From contig CAVNZM010000001.1 in assembly GCA_963693365.1 (NCBI GenBank), forward strand, positions 2,806,907 through 2,870,906: DNA of 64,000 nucleotides, given 5' to 3'. The position numbers and the translations under genes are program-made. Source of the DNA: Amoebidium appalachense (taxonomy: Eukaryota; Protista; Ichthyosporea). The notes under the pieces are model-generated. The model did not search any database and was not told the DNA's origin. It worked only from the letters and a program-made list of their open reading frames with translations. Positions within the stretch are counted from its first letter, which is position 1. Every line of letters begins with the position of its first letter. This document shows, one piece after another, positions 18,520 through 34,825 of the stretch.

Positions 18520-19109
18520 GGGGGGGAGGGGCTATTGCTAACAAGGTGTTATGATGGCAGGTTGAGAGAGAGGCTGTTCAGGAGATGCACACCGAGCAGA
18601 AGGAATCGATGATAAAGAAGCACGAGCACCAGACAAAGAAAATGGAAAAGGAGCAGAAGAAGGAGAAGAAGGGCACGGTATGAGGCCACACACACACACA
18701 TGCACACACACACATGACACACACACACACACACACACACAAACACCTACACACACACCCACACAGGTGCACAAGCGCAAGCACGAGCACACACACACAA
18801 ATGCACAAGCACAAGCACACACACACACCACACGCGAACATGCACGCACGGACGCTCGTACACATGCATACACACACAGGCACACAGGCACACAGGCATA
18901 AGTGGATATGCACACACACGTGTTAACACATAGACACAAGTTTACATGGACACACATGCGCAATCGCATGTCTGAGGATGTACTCACACATGAGCATGCA
19001 CCACATATAATCTCGCACAGATGCACACACCTAAACACTACAAGCACGAGAGCACATGCACATGCACACAACCACACGTGCACTCACCACATGCACACAC
19101 TTGCACAAG

Positions 19110-19196
<87 letters not shown>

Positions 19197-19245
19197 CCAT
19201 GTGTACACACACAGACACACGCGCACTTGCACATGCGTGCATGCA

Positions 19246-19288
<43 letters not shown>

Positions 19289-21014
19289 GGTATCACACAG
19301 GGAAATTGCGACACACACACAAGTGCACGTCTTAGTCTCCCCCATTCGCTCTCTTTCTCCCTGCCTATCTCTCTGTACTTTCTATCTCTTAGGGCGTGTT
19401 TGGGCAGCCAGTTATATCGTCTTTTCATCGTATTTTCGCGCAATGCCACGAATGCGAATTTGTGTCGCGGGAAACACGCCGCAGAATTAAATCTCGCGAA
19501 AAGACGATGGGATCGCTTTTATATCGTCTTTCTGAAAATCACCTCCGGAGGTGATTTTCAAAAAGACGATATAACATTTAGCCAATCATAACCGAAGTAA
19601 GCTTCTATTGGATCGATCTCATCCAATCCAATTTCGCAGCTGCCACGAACCATTTATGGTTATTTTGGCTTTGAGTTGGTGGAAACGGGATCAGTGCCCG
19701 TTCTTTTCCAAAAAGTGTCTTTCTTTTTCCAAAAGATATAAAAAATTAGGAGTTATAACAAAGTACCTTTAGAAATAAAACAGATATAAAAGGCTGCATT
19801 TAACTACGCTCAGAATATGACTTTCAATTGTGCTTCGAATTACTAAATGTATAAATATCGGTTTACACCCTCGGCCCAATCAAACATCTGAACAATACAC
19901 TTTTAGCATTCCATTGATGAAACGTAAATACGATCGAGCAAGCGTATCTTGCGTGTTTAGGCGTGTTTGGCGCGCCATAATCGTATTATCGCCCCTAAAT
20001 ACGCATACCTCAAAATAATTTTATGAATACGATTAATCGTCTTTTCGCACAATCATACGAATACGATTATTTTCGGCTTGCAAACACGCCCTTATTCACT
20101 CTTTCTGCCCCTCCTTTCCCTTTTCCTCTCCCTCTTTCTCCTCCTCTCCCTTCATCCTATCTCTTTCTACTCACAAAAGACAGCTCCCCTTCGTTCCCAA
20201 TTTCTTCCTATCCCACTCCTCTCCTTCGAATCCCACCCCTTCCCCCCTTCCCCCCCTCCCCTTACACACACACAATCACACTCGTGCTCTAACACACTCG
20301 TTTACTTGTATCCTCCCTCGTTTACTCAGAAACCCACACTCAGACATTTATACTATTGTGGTTTCTCAAACTCGCCAAAAGATTGACAATTGACAATTAT
20401 CTGCATATACACACACGTGCATAACCAGCACATCGTGCACCAACTGCACGCAAACACACACACACACACATACACACTAACAAACGCACACACACAGACA
20501 CAGACACACACACACACACACACACAAACAAACAAACACACACGCACACACACTAACACTAACTAACAAACAAACACACACTAACACTAACACTAACACT
20601 AACACACACACGAATTTTGAATATAATAAGGCTTGTTTGACCATCAATTGACACCTCACTTCACCGATTGCCGTGTATATCATTGTTTACGGTGTCCATT
20701 GCAACACATAGCCATACACCGGCTCGAACCAGTTCGTATATAGCTACTTGGGACGCCTAAGGCAGGGACTAAGTCCGCTAGTTTCTATTGTTCTACATTC
20801 TAGACCAACGCTTAGCTAATGAACGTGTGGTGATGTGCTCCTTAGGACACCGTTCATTTGGGTGTAACTAACGTTGGCAGAGCACCCTTGTAAGCTCACT
20901 GGTTCTTATTACACTGCTTGTACACGGTATAATCTATAAATATATGGTCAACCAGCCCGATTATTGTTATTTATCACTCTCTGTCATCTATTTCCCTTCT
21001 ATTTCCCTTCTACA

Positions 21015-21083
<69 letters not shown>

Positions 21084-21181
21084 ACTCACTCACCTCATTC
21101 ACTCACTCACTCACTCGCTCGCTCACTCACTCACTCACTCATTCACTCACTGACTTACCCGCCCACCCACCCCTCCATCCC

Positions 21182-21256
<75 letters not shown>

Positions 21257-21496
21257 GCACACACACACACACACACACACAGGTGCGCAAGCATGGAGAC
21301 TTGGCAGATGCCACACGGCAACATCTTGAACAATCCAGTGAATTGAGCCGTCAGCAGCAGGCAGAGACGGATGCTTTGGCCTCAGAGCAGACACAGAGAC
21401 TAGCAAAGTTGGAGGAGGAGCACAAGTTGGCTAAGGACCAGGTGGGTGGGTGGGTGCAAAAGGGGTGTGTTTTTGTGTGTGTTGATGTGTGTTTGG

Positions 21497-21544
<48 letters not shown>

Positions 21545-21563
21545 CGGCTTTTGCTGTGGTAAA

Positions 21564-21598
<35 letters not shown>

Positions 21599-21834
21599 GG
21601 TGTGTGCGTTGGTGTGGGTGCCACGGTGTATGCATTTTTTATGTAGAGCCTTCTTAACCTCCAATATCCTACCGACACATTTATCTACGTGTATATCCAC
21701 AGGTCACGCATTACTATAAAGCCAAGGAGAGATATGCGCTCGATTTACATGCCATCGACCTCGAGGCTATGGGTTTGGGCCCCAACAACCACGGGGGGCA
21801 GAACAAGAATTCAACTTCTACGACATCCGTGTAA
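10343..21834 (+). CDS. 10-exon gene, ~648 aa: N-terminal poly-Pro/disordered region and C-terminal coiled-coil; function unknown
   Basis: Exons 10343-10547, 12277-12770, 13476-13627, 14399-14564, 15171-15320, 16640-16858, 17957-18109, 18561-18677, 21283-21441, 21703-21834. All introns are GT-AG, phases match (1,0,2,0,0,0,0,0,0) and the CDS totals 1947 nt ending in TAA. C-terminal exons are K/E/Q-rich and helical (e.g. EQKESMIKKHEHQTKKMEKEQKKEKK, EQTQRLAKLEEEHKLAKDQ). Confidence 0.8.
19392..20091. mobile_element. PIF/Harbinger (Tourist-like) MITE, 700 bp, in intron 8
   Basis: Perfect 11-bp TIRs GGGCGTGTTTG (19392) and CAAACACGCCC (20081-20091), flanked by TTA on both sides (19389-91, 20092-94). 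The interior is AT-rich and non-coding, with repeated ATCGTCTTT/AAGACGAT/ATACGAT subterminal motifs. Confidence 0.9.
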
Positions 21835-23200
21835 ATTGGGGCGTACCACAGATGACATATGTTTAATGAAGATGTGAAGATATCTGCAAACCGTGTGCGC
21901 TGGTGTACTCAAGGTGAATGGGGTTTCTACTGCATCGTGTGAGTTTGGTGCATCATCGCACGGATAAGATGTGCTCTTTTTATTAATGATTAGATAAGAT
22001 TGGTTTCCATGATTTTTGGTGTATATACACGTCAACCATCATGAAGTACATAAAGATCACGTATCGTGCCATTACGCTCACGAATCTGGTCATTCTCCTT
22101 TGATATCTCTACTATATATGATGATAAAATTTTGTATATCCAAAGCTTGCTTGGTATACATTTTTTTGGTTTGTTTGGATATCACCTCGATGTTTTTTCG
22201 GGATATCCACATGTATCTACAAATGGAGTGGTGTGTGTGTGGACCGATGAACCATTCCAACATAATTTTTCCTTCGGCAGTATTATCTTCGTTGCCCCCA
22301 TTACATAGGCTTTCTCCTTTTTTGATCTTTTAATCCAGTTGTGTTGCATGTGTGGTGCGTTTTGTCTGGTTACTTTATGCGGGCCAGGGATTGGTCGCTA
22401 TAGTCCTAGGTGGATTTGATATGGGGTTTTTTTTGTGTGTGTGTGTTTGTTTGTTTGAAGTGATTGACAATGTTTATGGGCAATGAATATTGCAATGCAA
22501 ATACTGCCTAAATCTTGCAGCACCCTTAGAATGATGTGTTTGTAGTTTATTAGCGCCAAAGTTGCTGGCACCTAAGGATATATGGATTTTAGTAATACTG
22601 CCGTGATGTTTGCTTCCTCTTCCTCCTCCTCCTTCGTCTTGCCTAGTCTCGCTTTGCATATGTAGTGGCAAGCATTCGGAACACACCCTATGAAATGGTG
22701 TAGTTGCCTGTGTACGGTGACACCGTGGTAATCTCTGGTGTCTTTAATGAACGTTAAAGATGTAAACAGACCTTGAGGTTCCTTGTAACGATTTGCATAG
22801 ATCTAACGGAATATGGCAGTTTTGGGGTTAATAAAAAAGAATAATAAGGCAAACACACTTATGTCCGGATATAGAATACTACCTCATACATATTAGATCA
22901 CTATAGCTATTTTCAGCCCCCCCCCCCCCCCCCCCCCGCCCCGCCCCGCCCCTAGCTTTTCCCCATCCTATGTATGCTTTCAGTCTGCACGGCTGTACGG
23001 TGTACACACAAGGCTTGCTAACCCATATGCGTTCATGTATCATAATGGGTTTATGACAGATAAGTGAAAAAAAAAAACCCACACCCATCCACCCACACAC
23101 ACACGTACACACTGCGCACACAGGCACGCATGCGCGCGCACACACACACACAAACACACATCACACATCACACACAGGCACGCATGTGAGCGCGTGCACG

Positions 23201-23244
<44 letters not shown>

Positions 23245-23790
23245 CACTCACACGCACACACACACACTGGTCACACTGCACACTCACACACGCACGCACA
23301 CACACGCGCGGGCGCGCGCACACGCACACACACATCTACCGACAACTGCAGATTCACCACTGCACACCAACATGCGAAACTCTAGGCAAACTAATATTAC
23401 ATGCAGACACCACATGCACCAAATTTGACCAACATGTACATGTACACCCACATGTTCACAACACAAAGTTCCACAATTTGCATGTTCGGAAGAATGCATG
23501 CACAGGCGTGTTTTATTTATAAAGCCTCCGCTCATATATAAACTAGTCACAAAATGCGAGACAATGCAGAGTAAAATGTCTTCGTGTCTCAGCCTGATCA
23601 TACTAATAGATGTACAGGTTGCATCCTAAAGAAGTTTGAGTTGTGCATGCACATTTTATGTTAGAACACTTGGCCATGTAAATTATATTGGTTATGTACA
23701 TGTTCAAGTATAAAATCACTATTTGGGAGGTAACCAGACCTTAAATTTTTTTGGAGGCAAGGCTTTGCAAAGCTTGGAACACAGAATCCA

Positions 23791-23837
<47 letters not shown>

Positions 23838-24184
23838 TTTCCTCAAAAAGAAGAATGGAAAAGTCGAAGTTCTGATAGCAGTAATATAGCAGTATCTACT
23901 ATAGCATGATGTTCGTATGTACAGAAGGCATATCTGCATTATACGGTATTTGTTTCTGCCTGAGTACATGAGAAATGCACATGTTTGTGTGTGTGTGTGT
24001 GTGTGTGGTGTGTATGTGTGTATGTGTGTGTGTGTGTGTGCGTGCATGAACATGATTCCTCAGGAAGTCCTGAGGTTGTGTAAAGGTCCAGCCGTGGTTT
24101 ATCAGAGCCACTAGAAAAACAGGCAAAACACTAACCAGAAACAAACATAAAGCAGCAAAAAGACTTAAAAAGGCAAAAAAAAAG

Positions 24185-24219
<35 letters not shown>

Positions 24220-24231
24220 AGGAACAGAAAG

Positions 24232-29669
<5,438 letters not shown>

Positions 29670-31109
29670 TTTTCAGGGGTGATTGCAGTGGGAGAAAGTA
29701 GATTGGAAAAGGAGTGTGCGTGTCAGTAGAAACAATGTGCCGTCATGGCAGTAGAGTCCAGCACATAGCTCTTAGAAAACAGTTCCGAAAGCCCAAGCCT
29801 TGCGAAAGTGACTAACGTAACATCCGGTTCGTACCGTACCACGACAACATATAGCGCATATATTCCTTAGACTGGTCTTCTGAAAATCACGTCTAAGTAA
29901 TGTTTTACCACACAAATGTTCCGTTGGTTCGTTCGCAGTGCGGTGGACAGACAGTCCAAACCACCGAGCGTTTTCGTGGGGGCGGTGTTTTTGCTCTTTC
30001 AAGTGCATCCGGCGCTTTCCGACCAGAGCCAGTCTGGGCCATACACGACCTTACACCACTGGGCAAAAACAAATACATGATATCAAATAATAATTAGAAT
30101 GTTCAAAACTTTTAAATCAAGACAAAGCTTGGTTGATCGACTTGATTGGAGCCATAAGCGAATAGGAACGGCCATTGTACATTATGAATTTGCCGAAGCT
30201 TTTGCATTCCTTACTGAGATCCGCAATAAAAATCTAAGCGATGCAAATTCCAAAGAAAAACTGCAATAGGCTGCAGGAAACTGCATACCCCACTTGCGAA
30301 CGCTCAAACCAGACTATTCTACAATATATATAACACAGAATAAATATTTATGCAAATTTAAGAACTAGGTACTATTCATGCACTCTTTGAACATTTGTTT
30401 CTAAACTACACGTTCGAATTTGCGAATGCTATTTAGTCTGTTTTGACTCGCCTTGGAGGAGGTGTATAGCGCCAAAGCTAAAGCGTGAGAAAAACCCAAT
30501 CACATTTATGCATTGTTGCCTAAACGTTTTCAATTGGTAAAAGTAATTTGGCGAGCCAATGAAGCGTGCTCAAATTAACACTGCTATGTGCGCAGGACTC
30601 AGCTGAGTCTACCGTTCAGGATCATGGACCGTACGGTCCATGTCATGCCGCGGCGGTGGCGCACGGGTGGCACAGTTAGCGTTAGCCTACTGGTAGGCTC
30701 AGTCAGGTAAGCGCTTAGTGTGCGTTTAGAATATTAGACAGCCAGAATGAGAGTAGACGCTTCCCTTACAGCGGCTTAATATATCAGCCAGGACGTGTCA
30801 GGCACAGCAGTGAAGAGGGGAAAGTATATATAGTCCCAGAACGTTCCGAGGCTGCACAACACCTGCTGAGCTGGATCGAGGGAACGCCTGTACATGTAGA
30901 GAAAGAGGGACGGTTCAGAACGGTTTGGAGGGAAGTTGTAAGGGACAGAGCGAGCGTCAGAGCTCCAAGGATTTGAGAATAAGGTAGATCAGCCCCTCTA
31001 AATAAGACCAAGGCCTAGGGACGAAACTTTCTTGGCATATCCGGATCCGAGCTCAGTGACTTGAAGAATTGAAAAATGGAAGAGCGCTTTATATTTAAGT
31101 GCCGCGCGA

Positions 31110-31165
31110 GAGAGCCCCGAGAGAGATTCGGCGAGGGGCGCGGGGGGGAGAAAGAGAGAGAGAGA

Positions 31166-31204
<39 letters not shown>

Positions 31205-31719
31205 CTAGCCTCCGGGGGGACTCGTGTGGGAGAGAGAGAGGGAGGGAGAGGGGGGCGGGAGAGAGAGAGGGGGGAGGGGGAGGGAGAGGGAGAGGGAGAA
31301 GGAGGGAGAGAGAGGTAGAGAGACTCGGAGAGAAAGAGGGAGAGAGGGAGATGGAGGGTGGGAGGGAAGGGCAAGGGGGAGGGGGGAGCCTCGGAGAGCG
31401 AGGGGGGGGCGGGGGGAGGGAGGGGAGGGAGGAAGTCTCGGAGGCAGGCAGGGAGGGAGAGAGACGACTTGGGAGGGAGGGAGGCCCTCCGAGTCTCAGG
31501 TAGGAAGGAAGGGAGGGAGGGGGGAATGAGGGACTGAGAGAGTTCGAGGGAGGGATGGGGGGAAGGGAGGGATGAAGAGGGAGAGGAAGAGCCTGAGCAT
31601 GGAGAGAGAGAGGGAGGGGGTGAGAGAGAGAGAGGGGGGGGGGGGGGGGGAGAGGGAGAGAGAGTTAGTGGCACGGGGGGGCACGGGGGGGGGGGAAGGG
31701 AGAGAGTCTCATACTAGAG

Positions 31720-31769
<50 letters not shown>

Positions 31770-32427
31770 CTGAAGAAACTCGGAGAGAGAGAGAGACCCG
31801 GAGGGGGGGGGGGGGGGGGGGGGAGGGAGGGAGGGAGGGGGGGGGGGGGGCGAGAGAGAGAGAGAGGATATTTAGAAAGGGGGACTCCGAGGGAGTTAGT
31901 GGCCAGGGGAGGGAGGGAGGGAGAAAGAGAGTCTCATACTAGAGAGAAAGAGAGCCTCCGGAGAGAGAGAGAGAGAAAGCGAGAGAGGGATCCGGAGAGA
32001 CACGGAGAGAGAGAGAGACCGAGAGAGACTGAAAGAGATAGACTCCGACGGAGAGAGAGATTCGGAGTATATGTATATTTATCAGAGAGAGTGAGAGAGA
32101 GAAAGCCTCGAGGATAGTCTTGGAAAGCTGAGACTCGGGTAGAGAGAGAGAGAGAAAGGGGGGGAGGGGGGAGGGAAGAGAGTGAGAGGAAGAGAGAAGC
32201 CTAGGCTCGGAGAGAGAGCCTTGGGGAGGGAGGGGGGAGAGAGAAAGACACACACAGAGAGAGAGAGAGAGCCTCGGAGAGAGAGTGCTTAACTATATTA
32301 GTGTGTCACAGTGTGTGTGTGTGTGAGCCTGAGAGAGAGAGAGAGTCTCGTTGGTTAGTTTGGGTGGAACTCTGAGAGTCTAGAGCCTCAGCGGGGAGAG
32401 AAAGAGAGCCTCCGGGGAGGGGAGAAG

Positions 32428-32465
<38 letters not shown>

Positions 32466-32480
32466 GTCTGAGAGAGGGGA
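31110..32480. repeat. Intergenic polypurine (GA)n/poly-G tract interrupted by many short palindromic insertions
   Basis: GA runs broken by motifs such as GAGCCTCGGAG, GAGACTCGGAG, AGCCTGAG and AGTCTCAG. Confidence 0.9.
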
Positions 32481-33706
32481 TCGGATACTGCTACATGTTG
32501 TGTTTCCGGAATGGCCGGAGGGAGCGGCCAATAAAGTGCAAGGATCCCCCCCGTCCCCTCCGACGTCGACGCTGCTCTGAGCTGGGCCGGGAGGGGGCCG
32601 GGCCCGGGAGGGGAGGGGGGGAAGGAGGCTAGGGAGGGGAATTCCAGCCCACAAGTTGTAAGGTCACTGAGCTATATGTAGGCTGCATGGAATTGCAACG
32701 GCCCGGCCCAGGCCCTCAATGCTCAGCCGTGACATCACATCATCACTGCCTGTGCCGGCCGGCCTACACGACATGGTGGGGCAGAGTCACGGCTGGTGTA
32801 ACCGTTGACAACGTTGCATGCATTTGCTTGGTGCTTGGGCCTTCACGTGCGCCTTGCGATTCTGTGACGTCACAAGCCTCAGAAAGTTTGGCACCGCGGC
32901 TCAGACGGTTGTGCCCATTGACCATAGATGCTCAAGGGGGTTTACGCTGTTTACTCGAGGCAAAGAGAGACCAGTCTCAGGTATGGGGGGGTTTTGCTCG
33001 GAATATCCCCTCAGCGGTATATCATGATCACGTACATAGATGTCGGGTGATGACTATATATCAGGGTAGGAACAGCTCATTTGATGAATCGTCGAATGTG
33101 GCTGGGCCTCCGCGGGCCGGCAGTGTCCACGCAATAAAAAGTGTGTAAACCCCTATGATGAAGACTCAAAAAAGCATACATAGATATCATTTGTACGAGA
33201 AGAAACCGTTGACCATCTTCTGTGGGCTGTTGTCCGGCGGTCTGACGATGGTCTCCTGCTATACTCACTTGAGAAACTATATATTCGAATTTCATTTTGC
33301 TCGCAAAAATTATTTTTCAATTCTATTGGTGGTTATGGAGCCTGTGGCTGCACGTTGCCTTCATCAACGGATCAATAAACCCGAGTCAAAGGAAAAAAAA
33401 ATTATTCATGAATCAGTGACACAGGGCCTATGTAGGCTGCCCAGTGCTGTTTTTCATGTTTAAATTTCATCTTTTTACTGGATAACTCGTGAAATGTTAT
33501 AGTTTTAGGGGTGTCATATACTACGATGGCGCTCATTGTTGCCTAGCATGTACATATGTCACTGGCTGCATTTGATTGGCTGTGCTGGAAAACGCAGTAG
33601 GCCGTCGAATGTGGCTGGCAGGCTGGGCCTCCGGCAGTGTCCACGCAATAAAAAGTGTGTAAACCCCCCTTCTTCGTCCATGTTTCGAATATGGCCTCCC
33701 GCTACG

Positions 33707-33841
33707 TAGTAAACCGCTCGAATTTGGGACGATTTGAATGTCCAGAATGCTTGGATGTTCCAGAAAAAGCTAAAAATAGCTACCAATAAGCGCTCGATCA
33801 GCGATGACGGAAAAAGTGTCCCAAATTCGAGCGGTTTACTG
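33707..33841. mobile_element. 135-bp Tc1/mariner (pogo-like) MITE
   Basis: 24-bp TIRs (T)AGTAAACCGCTCGAATTTGGGAC at 33707-33730 and GTCCCAAATTCGAGCGGTTTACTG at 33818-33841, matching 23/24. The right end is ...ACTG|TA, typical of CAGT-terminated, TA-targeting elements; the left TSD has decayed. Confidence 0.75.
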
Positions 33842-34659
33842 TACTCTTGTGTGCGGCCCGTGACGGCAACAGCGCGCGGCGCTTCGGGAATTCGATTCCT
33901 TTCAGCGTGAATTCATCCAGTTCATCTCTCGGGGAAAAAAAAGGCCTTCGCTTTTGTTTTCATTTGGTTAGGCTTCCTTCTTAACATCCGTTGTTGCAAT
34001 TCTTTCCTTTTTTAGACCCTGTTCCCATTTCTAAAGTTCGTGTCCTGTACCCAATCTGTCTCCCATTCAGAGATATCCTTTTAAATATTTTTCTACTTTA
34101 TTTTTCTCTTCCCCTATTTATCAGCAGTATGTTACTTGGTTTCATACTCAATATCCTTTGCTTCATCGTTGTGATAAAGAGTATCATGGTAGGACTCTTG
34201 AGCCTGTGCTTCTTTTTATATTAGAGACTCGTCTATTTTCTCTACAATCGTTATGTATATTAGCTACTTATGTTCATCCTTCCTCTCGTAAACCTACCAC
34301 ACTTGCCGATTTTGCCATTCTAACCCCTTCGTGTGATATTGCTTGGAAATGCTTATTTTGGCGTTGTAACCTTTTAGTTTCCATAAATGTTTGTGTCACT
34401 TTTGTGCAGAACCTTTTTCTCGGAAACATCTAGAAAAATGTATTTATTTATCTCGAGATTCTTCCGTTAGAAAAATTCGAATAAAGTCATTATAAAAACA
34501 AGAAATTCGAAGACTAGCTTATTTAAATTAATCCTGATATTACTTCTTTAAACCCGAGTCAAAAGAAAAAATGGTTCGTTTTTAAACGGGTTTTCTTTGA
34601 GGAACGGCCGCAGCCACGACGACGAAGTGACATGTGGAATTCGAACTGCCAGCTACTTT

Positions 34660-34825
34660 GCATTCCGATTGGTTAGTCTCTAGGTATGGCTTAGCCAATC
34701 ACTTCTCTGTACGTAAATGTAAGTGCAATGATTGGTCCTGTTTAAGTGTAGCCATATTTGGTCTTTACATTCCCCTGTAGCCAATCGGATGTTGTGAGCC
34801 ATATCCTGCGTGTATATAAACCGCT
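34660..34825 (+). promoter_or_regulatory. Pol II promoter-like module: four CCAAT boxes, CArG box and TATA box
   Basis: ATTGG 34668, CCAAT 34695, ATTGG 34731, CArG CCATATTTGG 34752-34761, CCAAT 34781, TATATAAA 34813-34820. It faces the bHLH-PAS gene 2.5 kb downstream. Confidence 0.55.

Noticed and set aside
30650-30720. tRNA or tRNA-derived SINE (GGTGGCACAGTTAG A-box-like; also TAGCTCAG at ~54550)
   Set aside because: No B box (GTTCRA) at a suitable distance and no cloverleaf.
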